Positions 1 to 12,300 of a stretch of DNA of 64,000 nucleotides are shown in pieces. The stretch lies in assembly GCF_000315625.1 (NCBI RefSeq), contig NW_005434665.1, positions 1,074,463 through 1,138,462 on the forward strand. Reading direction: 5' to 3'. A model generated the notes under the pieces. That model was not told where the DNA came from. It saw nothing but the letters and a program-made list of their open reading frames with translations, and ran no database searches. Position 1 is the first letter of the stretch. Every line of letters begins with the position of its first letter. Source of the DNA: Guillardia theta CCMP2712. Its lineage: Eukaryota > Protista > Cryptophyta. A program made the position numbers and the translations under genes.

Positions 1-205
1 GGGCCCACGGCCCCGGCGTCCGGCCAGTATTAGGAGTCCACCGGGGCCCCGCCATGCGGCCGCGGGCTCCGGAGGAACTCCCCGGGAGTGGCAGGGCCCG
101 GCCCAGGTCCCTACCCGGCGGCTCCGAGTCAGTTTCAGTCTTCATTTTCAAGTGCCATTCAAGGGAAGGGGCCGCACTGCGGCATGATTAAACTATTGAT
201 TTGAT

Positions 206-3200
206 TTACTGTTTGACCTCTATCATTGTAGACGATGCAAGCAGAGATGACTGAGAGAGGCCGCACGTCTTGTGTATGCGATGGTACTGGCTGGTGCCGC
301 AATTTACAGCGATCTGTTTCCCCTTGTTCTCCTTCCCTTGCGTGTACGCGCTCGGAATCCAGGAAGAGATCGGAGACACCGAGCTCTCCCCCATAGCCCA
401 ACCATCCATCTCGATGAATTTCAGCTCATGAGGGGCCTGCCAGGACATCAGGAGAAGAGAAGCGAGGGAGCGATTGATGGGGTAAGCAGACGCACCTCGA
501 ACATGCACCTAACAAGCTCCTCGTCCCCAGTGCGGAACAGATTCCATAGGTGATGTGCAATCCACCCGGGCATCCAGCAGGGGACGCGAACACTTCCTTG
601 CTTCCACTCCAGGAACCGAATCTCCCCAACGTCCCCGCATAACATCTGTATGATTCGTTAGTGCCCACGGAAAGGTTCAGATTCTTCGACAACCTTCCCG
701 AGAAACCCGCTGGACTCAAACGCTTTGTGCAACGAAGAGTCTGCAAAGAAAGCAGCGAGCTGGGGGACATGTTCAACCAAGAACAAGCAGAGCAGGCGAC
801 GAACCTGAGAGGGGTAGAACATGGTGATGCAGGAATCTCGACGCGACGCGTTGCATACCACCACGTGCCCACAAGTGTCACGTGGCTTGTCGGGAGCCTC
901 CTCCTGCATGTCTCGCTGAACCCATCCGATGCTGATCTCAGTACCACAGAGGGACCAGGTGACAGACTCTGGTTGGCAGATCTCGCTTAACGCGTTCTCG
1001 TCAATCCTCTGCTCCTCCTGATATCCATGGTTGAAGCCGACAACCACAACCTGCATCCCTCCCGGGTGTGAGCGTCCCGCTGCACTCGAACTCTCCTCCT
1101 GAGACGATTCCTCTTCCAGCATCATCTGCACGAACCGTACATGCTGCTCTTCCAGAACGAGATCCGACACAAATGAACAGACTTGCAAAATCTCGTTGCG
1201 CAGTCTTGCCTCTATTTCAGCAGAGATAGGAGTCGCCAGCATGACTCGTATTCTTTCAGACGGCAACGGATAAGGAGCGGAAGGGACCGCAATCAATATT
1301 CTAGTGAGGAGCTGAAGAGCGGAAGCAGCGACCCCATCAACGGCCGACGCGCCTCTTGCTTCAAACCGTTTTGTCAGCAGTCGTTTCAGCCGGGTCAGCT
1401 TGTTCGAAATCACGTTCCTATCACAAGTTGCAAGGTCTCCATCAAAGACAAGGAGCACTTCCTTCTGTCCGCTCGCCACCTCCAGTCGTGCTCTCTTGTT
1501 CTCTTGGTGACAATGATCGCTCGCGGTGCTTGACCCCTCAGCGTAAGCCATAGTCGAGTCTTCGCAGCTGTTCATCGCAATCAACTCTCTTTTCCCCGGA
1601 CATGAATTCGTTGCCCTGTTTGAAGACTCTGCTTGTACAACATTCATGGCCTCATGAGGTTTGTTCTCTACGGACGGAGTTGGAGAAAAGTTCATGGGAT
1701 TCATCAACCCGACATCCTTTTCGTCAAGTTCATCGACGTAGTTGAGAACTTGCATCCACGCCTGTGTGTCGCTGTTGTCAATGCCGCTTTCATTTAGCTC
1801 GTCATGAGCGAAATCCTTTAGAAAGCGATTGAGTGAGTCGACGCGTCCCTCTGAAATAAAAAAGTCAAGAAAGGGCAACGCAGCAGGAACAATGGATGCA
1901 GTGAGTGCAGGCAGAATCTTACTCAATTCAGTATTTTCATGCTGAAGAAGTACAAGCTTGTCGTGCCAGGCAGTATTGTTCCGTTCTTCAATATCTTGCA
2001 TAGAAACAACTGATTCACCGGCACGGGACTCGGCAAAGCTACCTGTTCTTGCTTCGAAGGGCTGGATGTCCTGCAACGGAATTTCAGTGCAAATGCCAAA
2101 CATAAGCACATTTGAGTTTTTTCACTTACAGCCAAGTTACTGTTACTGGGAGAAGCATTGCATGATGGCTCCTGGCTGCAGCTAGTTTGATCCAAGAAGG
2201 GATAGCCCGTGAAGCCATTGCTTGGAATTGGAACTGAATTTGATGGAATCTGTTGATTTCCTTGTTTTTGAGGATACACTTGACCAGCTGGAACATCAGG
2301 CATGGCCTCAACAAATCGGTTTCGTGCCCCCTCTATCTTTGCCATTTCCAAATGCTTTGAATGTGCATGCGCTCGTAGACTATCTTCGAAACTGACCTGT
2401 GACATAACTCCGGCATATCCCTGCATCGGCACTGAGCCGGTTGCATTGAGGAACCCACTCGTGAAGTTCATATACTGTATTTGCTGGAGCCTCAGGCCTT
2501 CGGCATCGTTTCGCTGAAAAGGAACCAGAGATTTTTGCATGACATCATTCGAAACCTGACTTGAAAGGTGTTTCCCAGCATCCTGCCACATGGACCCCCG
2601 GTTGGCCGGCCACTCTGCATTGTAATATGGATCATTGCTCTCCTGCAGCATAACAGGATGCTGCAGGTATTGCGCATTCATGCCGGTGCTTCGCCATGCA
2701 CCCTCCATGTTTCCAGCTCGGAAATGCTGGCAAGGACGTCAGCAAGTGATGTTGAAAGACGTTGTCGGTTACCCCGTGCACTTGGTCAAGAGCGCTCATA
2801 TGTGTCTGTGAGCCGCAGTGTTTCTTCCACTTCCTGCCAGCACGAGAATCATGACATACTCCATTCCCTGTTGTCATGTAGACTTCTAACCTCGGAGCAA
2901 CCCAACATTTCGCTTTCGTACATCCCATAATAGCCTTTGCGCAGGACACTCCGCAACAAACAGAGCACCATTGGTAGTACTTTCTCGTCGGCTTGTTGTA
3001 GACGCCACCTTTCCCTATCTCCTGCTTCCCTTGCGTGTAAACCACCAGCGACGGCCCAGCCCATGGCACCGTCTTGGGAACACCGGCTTCGTGGTGTTCA
3101 GAGGCTGATGAGACAATCGGATTTCAATGACATGTGAAAGACCAAAAAACAAGCTCTCTCAGTTTCACCTTTAGAGATCTCGGATCGTTGTACAATCTGC

Positions 3201-3624
3201 CAATCACCTTGGCATTGCGGTCTGTAATACTCTAGAATCTCCTCGTTGCCCTCGTTGATGATGCACATGTAGGTGGATCCGACTTCATCAAATAGCAAGA
3301 CCTGAGTTGGCCCTTTGTGAGCAAGCATACAAATGGTATAAAGAGCAAAGGATCATCTACCTCCTTTTTCCGAACTCCTCCTTCCATCAATGGCAGCGAC
3401 ACGCTAGCACCCTCTGCCCTCCTTGATTCCCCGCCACGTCCGTGCATGGACTGGTCATTCTCGTACAAGTCCGGCTGTCCTCCTCCTCCACCATCGCTGT
3501 CGTCTTGTGGTTCTCTTTTGAAGACGCTGCTCTGGCTCGTTTGTCCTCCCCCGACTCCCTCCTCATCCTCCTCCAGCCCTAGCACCCGCGCCTCCATGCT
3601 CCTGAGCCCAACCAACCCGCTCAC
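206..3624 (-). CDS. Multi-exon orphan protein with a duplicated YTQGK domain flanking a Q/S/N-rich middle
   Basis: ORFs 3232-3624, 3098-3328, 2632-3069, 1923-2708, 658-2109, 448-645 and 206-508 can be chained; the GT-AG intron 2071-2129 (59 nt) joins the two largest ORFs in frame. No family recognised; start uncertain. Confidence 0.6.
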
Positions 3625-4751
3625 CCCTCCCCCCCCGCCTCACATTTAACCCCACCCTAGTACCCTCCAAGTCCTTCACTTTCAACCCCCTCCACCCTCC
3701 ACCCCTCCATCATCAAACATTCTTACCCCACTACCCCTACTTTCCTTTCAATTTTCCTTTCCATGTCGTCTTTCCTTTACACCCCACCCCTAAGTCTTAT
3801 GTCTAAGGCTACCCCCTACCCCCTCCTTCACCACACCTGCTGCGAATTCTCGCCCCAAACTTTTTAACCCCCTACCCCTCATGTTAATCACCCACCCCAT
3901 TTTTGAGGTGTTTCAACCCGGTAGTATCTAGCAATAATCTAAACCCCATGGGATCACACCACCCCTCAAGTCCCCTTCAGCTTGCAGCCCCCAATTTTCA
4001 TCACCCTCGTTCACCATCGCATCATCACCCTCATTCACAGCATTACTCCAGCTCATCGCCCTCATTCCCCTCTACGCCTTCTGCTGTCCTCTAGTCCCCC
4101 AGTGCGCTACATGCACACAGCTCCATGCTCGTGCTCGTTCTCCTCTCCTCCCTCCCTCCTCCCTCCCTCCTCCTCTCCTCCCCCTGAAGTATTTCTTCTG
4201 CTGCACACCAGCTTCCTCTAACGCGTTCCCCCATCTCCTCTCCTCCATCATCTTTGTTCTGTGTATGGTCAGCTCAACTTCCAGATTCCTTCGAAAAGAT
4301 TTGGATTTCCCTTCCCTTCCTTTCTTTCCACCCCCTCATCGTCCTTTTCCCTTGATCTCCTCTGAAGACTACGAATCTCATTGTGGCTACATCCCTGATT
4401 AGTCTTCCTATCACTTCTGTCTCGTTATCTCGTGGATTCTTGACGTTTCAACCCTCCACACATTTCATCGGGCCTCCAGCAGTATCTTATTGCTCTCCTT
4501 TGTTCTTCTTTTAGAAGCGTCTTTTCTTCCTTCCTCCTCTTTTGGTGGATGTTGAACGTGTTGCACACCGATGGTTTCTTGAAGAGCATGCTAATAGTAG
4601 TGTAAAAGAGATCAGTTGATTAGCTCGACAACCATTTGGCCCATGCTCGCCCACGTCGAGTTAAGATTTCGTTTCCATGCTTCGTTCTCTTATATTCATT
4701 GAAATCTCAATCGTATGCATTTAGGATGGTTCTTGTCATCCTGTCCTGTTC

Positions 4752-6286
4752 ATGGCTGATGTTGTTTTTGACATTCTCTCGATAGTCATTTATTGCAATC
4801 TAGTGCACAAGCCCACAGTGCCGATGATCTTTGTTGTTCGACCTGCTCGAGGACCATTACATGAGACTGATGATCGTTTTCTTCCAGTTATTTCAAGAAA
4901 GTTAGCGGCCATGCCTAAGGCCGCTGGGGTTGAGATGAAATCGCTGTTGGCGAACGACAGCGTAGCGAGCGAATCCATGAATTCCATGTCCGCTGATGAC
5001 AACCCCAACTTGTCTGGCTCGATCGACATCCTATGGCAGCTCATTGACGGGATCAAACAAATCAGCGATCATGTGGTGGTGGAAGTGAACAATGAACAGA
5101 CGCCAGCTCTGATGGAAGAGTTTTTTGAGAAGGTGTGAATTTTCATTCTCAGTTCTTCGTGATCTCGTTCGTCTGTTGTTTTGCCTGAGGTTGTGGAATA
5201 GGTGAATTCCGTCAAGGGGGAAATGAGTTCAATAAGGAAAAATATTAACACAATGAAAGAGCTTCAATCCAAAATAATAACTGAGGTTTCCCAAACAAAA
5301 TCAAAAGGTTGGTAACGAATCGACGATCGTTTGTAGCTGATATTTTGTGAAAGATCATGCTAGCCGGCTGGAGAGCACTATGAATGAAACTTCGAAGATT
5401 GCCAAGAGGGTAAGTCGCACAAGAATCACACCAATCTTGCAGCCATGAAATGTGGATAGTGACGTGATTTTTGGTAGATCAAAGATAGCTTGCATGATAT
5501 GGAATCAGAGAATGAAACATATAAGGAGAAGCACGGGGAGGGTTCTTCTCAAGCTAAGATCCACATCAATATTCATGGTTGGTGATTTCAATCCCGAAGA
5601 AATCGCCTTGATGAAGCATGCAGGCTCCTTAACGAAGAAATTCGTCGAATTGATGCAAGAATACGAAGAAACACAGGGGAAATACAAGTCTCTTCTTCAT
5701 GAAAGGGTTGAGCGACAGGTATCGTTGGATTTCTGTCTAATGGTACATGACGACTCAAAGGTCAAAGTTGTAAATCCAAACGCAACAGAAGAAGAAATCA
5801 AGCAAGCGGTTGAAAGTGGGGGGAGCGATATCTTTGCCGACAGACTGCTCTCTAAAGCGGATCAGGTGACAGGCTCTGGACCTTGGTGGCCCCCGAACTA
5901 ATTCGATTCTCTTTCAGGTTGCATTGAACGCATATGCTGAAGTTCAAAGCAAGCACGAGGAGCTCATGAAGCTTGAGGCCTCCATCCGTGAAGTCCATCA
6001 GCTCTTCATGGACATGGCGATCATGGTAGAACAGCAGGGGGAGATGCTAGACAACATCGAAGAGCTGGTCTCAAAATCTGCTGAGGTTGCTATTTGCTTC
6101 TTAGTTCTGTCTCGCACTTGCTGAACCTTTTCTCAGTATACTGAGAGTGGAGTCGAGCAACTCATACAAGCCAAGAAGCTACAGAAGAAAGCACGCAAGA
6201 AGATGTGTTGTCTGGTCGTATGCTTCACAGTCGGTCTCCTTATCATGCTCTCCTTCGTCACGAATTTCTTGATTCCTAGAATATAA
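4752..6286 (+). CDS. Syntaxin, plasma-membrane type Qa-SNARE (syntaxin-1/SYP1-like)
   Basis: Habc region (MEEFFEKV..., LTKKFVELMQEYEETQ), SNARE motif KLEASIREVHQLFMDMAIMVEQQGEMLDNIEE, and C-terminal KKARKKMCC plus TM helix; stop TAA 6284-6286. Start uncertain (4752-4911). Confidence 0.93.
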
Positions 6287-6596
6287 ATTATTAATTTCGC
6301 GTTCATCGAACCCTCAACAGCTGCTATGCTCGTCACGTATGATCCGTTCAATCCCGCTGACAAGTTTTGGAAGCAATGATAGGCAACGATAGGAGCTAAT
6401 GTGAGGGGCGAAGTCAAAGGGAGTATGTTAGTGAGCTTCCTTGAGACGGTATAAGTTGCTTCTGATTCATTATGTATTCATGTAAGGCTGATGCTTCTTT
6501 CAACCTCGTGCACACGGAACGCTTCGCCCTGTGGCTCAAACCTTGGGTGTGGCAAAAATAAAGTTCTATACAGTGATCACATCGGAGATGAATAAT

Positions 6597-7484
6597 TTAA
6601 CGAGAGAGGGACTCCTGAATCGACTGCTTCTTGGGAGGCAGCCCAGCTTCGCGAGAGAGGTGATCATTCTCCTCTTGCAACTCCTGCACTCACGTCACGC
6701 CGTCGACTTCACCTCCCCCGACAACCACCTGATTCTGGCGCTCTAGCTCCACTTTACGTAGAGTCAGGGCCTCAGCATCTGATTGCAGCTTCCTGATAAA
6801 GTCGATGGCCTCGTTCAAGATGGTCGCCTTGTCCACCGGCGCCTCTCGACAGCCAGGCAGGAGCTCTTTCAGCTCGTTCATCTTGTCGTTTATTCTTTGC
6901 CTCCTCTTCTGCTCCGTTGCATTGTGCGACTCCTTCCTCCTCTGCGTCTGACCGAGAGGATTCATCCCCACAGGACTGCCATCCTGTTCTCCCGAGGCCC
7001 TGCAAGCTCATGCGTTAGGAGAGCAGGTCGCTACAGTTAGGTAGAAGTAGCTTTCACCTGCGCTTTAGTCCCGAACTGACGGGCATGTGATTCAAGAGGC
7101 TGCTGTTGCTCGGCTGCGTCCAGCCAGCATCTGCAGCGAAGGCTTGGACCACAGGGATGTGATTCACGACTGTGATGGTGCCGGGAGGTCCTTGAGCTGA
7201 GCTAGTCAGAGGCATGGAGACTCCTCCTGCTAGGGCCACTGCGAGCAGTCAACAGCACTGCAAGTGAAACGACACTGCAAGATTTCAAGAAGGTACACGT
7301 ATGTTGGGGGGATTGGAAGTGAGAGAGAGCATCGAACTCTTTCCTTACCTTGGGACATGATCTGCGAGTTGGGTTGACCGCTCAGAGCACTGACGACTGA
7401 GACAGGAGACGTGACGGGGTTCGTAGATAGATATGCGTGAGCAACGCTTGGCGGAGGCACTGCAGGGGCTGTAGCCATGCTCAA
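6597..7484 (-). CDS. bHLH-leucine zipper transcription factor (USF/MITF/Max-like group)
   Basis: RKESHNATEQKRRQRINDKMNELKELLP...DKATILNEAIDFIRKLQ followed by a zipper (ELERQNQ|ELQEENDHL); spliced stop at 6597. P/S-rich upstream exons; the 5' end may extend to ~8250. Confidence 0.88.
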
Positions 7485-9369
7485 GGCAGGAGCCAGCTAT
7501 ACCCAAACAGCTAAGCGAGGTTCTAGGGAATGGCTATGAAGAGAACTGTCAAAAAGATCAGTCCCTTGTCGCCAATAAGAAAGAATGGAGTTAACTATAA
7601 TTGAAGAAAGACTCTATGAAACACCCCCATCAGGTGCAAAGCATAGTTGACACATAAACAATAGTCTTCAACAGATATTGTATAAGTTCAATATCATCCT
7701 CTTCACATCATATTCCTAGCGCCTTGCAAAATGCCTTGCTAAGTGCCTTCCTGAAATCTATTTTCATTCGTTTCTTCGGACTGCCATACTTATCCATCCC
7801 TCTGCTCTCTCCGTCCCCTACTGTTCGCCTCTCGCTCGAGGCCTGTCCTCTTTCGCCAGCATTCCTCCCTATCCTCGCACTCCACCTCTAACTCCTTGCT
7901 CTGTGTTTGAATTTCTGCTTATTTTCTTCATAAGTACACCAGTGCAGTCGCATCCAAACTGGATTTTTCTCCTTCCTCCTCCTTGTGTTTCCCTTCCTGT
8001 ACCTTACATCTTATCATATGCTCAAGTTTCCTTTCAGCTACTCTTCCATCGCACGCCGTACACTCCATTGCTGTACTTTGCTTTGCCCCACTCTGCCATT
8101 TTGTTCTCCTTCCTTCTATTCCCTGCCTCGCCTCAGCTCGCCTTGCATCGCCTTGCCTGGCCTTGCATCTCCCTTCCTCTCGCCATGCCCTGTCTCTGGC
8201 GCTCATGGCTTCTCATCTTCGCCCTCCTTCCCTCCTGCGCCTCATGTTTGTTCACCATGGCGATCACGTGTCATTAGACACGTGATCGCCGCCATGATAG
8301 TTGTAAAGTTATTTGAAATTTTGTTCAATTGTACGTAATTGGGTTTGTCAAAATTGGAAATTTACTACATTGATTTCATTCTTCTAATGGAAATGTGACC
8401 GCACGGTTACTGATCATAATTTGAACAGCATACTCCGAAATGTCCAAGTATTGTTTGAATTTTCCAAATTTCTGTTCAAGAAATTTGAAAGAGGGCAGCA
8501 ACCTTTTCCCGCTACTTTTATTTACTTTACATTTTAATTTTGAAACTTCCTGGATATAATTTCAATATAAACGAACCAGCTTTGAATTTTACAATGAAGC
8601 CCGCTGCCGGCGGCCCGGGCCCGGGGCCGCGCACTGAAGTATCCTCTGAGGCGGACGTCCTATTAACCGTCGTGATCTCAGGGGGTGGGTGCAACTCTAA
8701 TTTGCAGGTAGGGGTAGTTACATACCCATGTGAAGATGATAGGGACTAGGGAAATCAGAAAGGAAAAATGGGGGTAGGGGGTAGTCAAAGTAGGGGTGGG
8801 GATGCTGTTCTGTGGGCAGTGGGGTAGAGGCAACGGCTGGTCGGGCGCCATGGAGGAAGGAGCGGGATTCGAATGATAGAAGGAGGAGGATGGAAACTAG
8901 GGAGAGGAAGGAGAAGAATGAGGGGCAGAAGATGAACAAGATGGGAGAGATCACGAGATCATGTTGGTGGTGGGAGATGATGGAGTGGCAGGGGAGGCAG
9001 AAAGGAGGGAAACGAGGGATAAACAAGATCCCGATGTTTCGTTTGCAGGTAAAATGCTGAAGTTCGCAAAGGTTGGCACTGGGCTCTATTGTTCGAGTGA
9101 GAAAGTTACCATCGATAGAGCATAGGAAATAGTAGCAGACAAGTTGTGAGGTGCAAACTCTTAGAGCCCAGCTATATCCTTAGCAGGAATCTGCGGATTG
9201 TGGTATTTGTTGTGCATGCATTCAATCTGTCGAACAGACATACAGAATCTGACTGTGTTTGCAAGTAGACAGAGAGACAGTCTTCCAGCAAGGCGCCTGA
9301 TCTTACAACTGTTCCTCCAGGATCCTGTCATGTTTCTAGAGAGATAGCTCGACAAAGCTTTTGACAGCC

Positions 9370-12300
9370 ATGTCTTTGTTGGAAACTCGGAGCAAGACTG
9401 GCTCGAGGAGCGATGTTCGCCTCAGCAAGGTGGTTCCAGAAGTTCTGAGCAGAGAGAGCCGCGCGCGTCGTTACGGCATCGACTGCCCAAGTGAACTGCA
9501 CTGGCATGCTAAGGAGCCGGGGGGCGACTACAAGCAGAAGCTGACTATCAAGAACGTGTCCACGCAAGTGATCAAGTTCAAGTACAAACTTCCTGAGACG
9601 AGCTTCTTCTTCATGAAGTTTCCTGACCTCTTCACGCTGAATCCTGGCATGGCGGCTTCGATTGATGTAAACTTCCGTCCTATCAGGAGTGAGCCGTACG
9701 ACGACGTCATCGAGTTCATTACCACTCAGGGCAATTTCTTCATAAGGGTCATTGCTACCATGCCCGAGCACGGGGTGAAGATGCAGGAGCATCTTGATTT
9801 CGGGTTTGCTACCGTGAAGGAGGAGAGTACAAGGACGTTTGTTCTGCGGAACATAGGGGAGGTGAACGCCCCGTTTGAATTGTTGTCTGAAGCCCCTTTC
9901 GACGTCAGTCCTAAAGAAGGAGTGATTCTTCCCGGCAAGACCATGACAGTCAAGATCAGCTTCTTTCCCACAGAGGCGTCAGTGTACGTTGGAACGATCG
10001 TGTGCAAGCAGCCCATCCCTCGCCCAGCCCTAGTGATGAAGATCAGCGGGATCGGGAAAATACCTTTCGTCGCCATCTCGAAATCTGAAGTGAACTTTGG
10101 TACGGTTTTGACCGGCCGGGCAGTGAACGAGGTGATTGGCTGGCTGCGCTTCCTTAGAGCATTTCTATATGTTGCTGAACGACGATCGCAGGAAGTGATC
10201 CTTACCAACACTTCACTGGTCCCTGTGTCCTTCGAATTGAACCCAATTCCGCACGATCATGACCCAGTATTTCATTGGAAGATTGTGGGAGCAGCCATGC
10301 TAGTCTGGCTCTTGCTGAAGTCTGTTACAGGTCAAGGGAAAAATCCCAGCAGATGGCAGCCTGGCGCTGCAAGTGACGTACACTCCCATCTCCACCGGTG
10401 AGGAGCAGCTGGAGGGGTCGAGGACTGAGGACTGGTTGCTCCAGGGTCCTTCGATTGTGACTACTTCGAGATTGTGACTCCGGGAGGAAACATCCAGAAG
10501 ATCTGCTGTACTCTCGCTCTGCCGCCTCCTGCGCTTGCGACTGATAGAGCTTCGAACTATCAGGCAAGGGATTCGCTGAGCCGCACTCTGTGGAGATCGA
10601 CAGGAGCAGCATCAACTTTGGCAACCTGGAGCTGGGAAAGGTAATGGAGACTCTGAAGACGACTGGCTTATTCTTGATCCTTCAAGGTATCATTGAGAAC
10701 TTTGGAGATCCGCAACAACACCAAGGAGAAAGCTTTCTACCAGTTCATCACTGAGTCCATGGGATGTTTCGAATTCTCAAGTATTCTTTGCTTGGTCGCT
10801 CCGAATCATCCTGATGTGGTTGAGCAGGAACGGACGGAAGCATCATTCAGGAGAGCAGCGTGAACGTTGACATCAGGTTCACTGCCCGGGTGCCTGGGAA
10901 CTTCTACCGTCGCATCTTCATCCTCATCAAGAACCAAGGGCCCCTCTACCTCGACCTCACTGCTACCGCGTACGTTCCGTTGGCTGACTCCTGTTCTCCT
11001 CGCCTCTCACACTCGCATCCTTGCGCTTACAGGTACCATCAAAACCAAGATCAGGTGCCTCGACCGATGCCGCTCGCGCAGAAGCATGTCGACTTGTACC
11101 GCACGCGTCAAATGATGGAGGGGACGGCGCATGCTCGGGCTATCCACGAAGTGACCTCCTCCAACAACCCCACGAGCGTGATATGGAACGAGTTCTTTCT
11201 GGACGACACAGACAGCAGGCGGGAGATCTTTCTGCTGGAGCAGCACGTGGAGTTTGGAGCGGCTTCTGAGGTTGGGGTGGGAGACTACAAGCAGATCACA
11301 GTGCACAACAACACGGATGTGAAGCAGACAGCCATGTTCATGATCCCTCCTGACAACTACATCCGGCAGCCCGATGGGGCCGGGGAGATCACCATGACGG
11401 TAAGTTCCCTCTCCTCCTCCGCCCTCCTCGCCCTGACGTTAGAATGCTGTTGCAGACGTTGGGGCCTGTCCTGAAGCCTCTGGAAACTTGTTTTAAAGTG
11501 TTTCCCGAGAAGGCAGACGTGTTGCCGAAGAGCAGCACCACCTTCAAGGTCGCCTTCCGCCCCGAGTATCGCAACGCCTACTACGCGCAGGCCATTGAGA
11601 TCTTCGTCTTCCCCAAGACCCAGCGGAACTTTCGCCTAGTCACGGACGAGAACTTCGTCCCTCCTCACTGCGTTACCCCCGTCTGCAGCGGCAACACGTT
11701 TCCGGTCGGCATGGAAGCGTTCACGCCGAAGCTGCGGGTGCCGAGCACGAGGATCAGCTTCCCAGCATGCGCTGTGAGCGACAAGGCGTACCAGATCATC
11801 GAGATGTACAACGATGCGGACACGCCGCTGCGATACCTCTTCGACGAGGACCAGACTGGCGTCTTTCGCTGCAAGCCCAACAACGGGCTGATCATGCCGC
11901 ATTGCGCGCAGCTCGTCGCGTTCATGTTCTGCCCGCTGGAGGCGAAGCGGTACGAGCACGTGACGACGTGCGTCATGAACGGGAGCTCCGTGCATGCAGT
12001 GAAGCTGACGCTCATCGGGAGCGGCAACGCGACGTCGATCGAGCTGGAGACGAATCACCTCCAGGTGAAGCCCACCTGCGTCGGGTCCGTGACCTCGAGA
12101 GCGATCGAGATGAAGAACCCGACGGGGATTCCCATCCTCTTCTCCTGCCTTGTGCCTGAGAGCTGCTCCCGCGTCCTCGTGGTCGAGCCTGACCGCGGAA
12201 TCCTCCGTGGCAACGAGAAGGTCAGCCTGTTTGTTCACTTCGCGCCGAGACGGGAGGGATCGTACAGCCTCAAGGTTCCCATCCAGATCGACCAGGCCAA

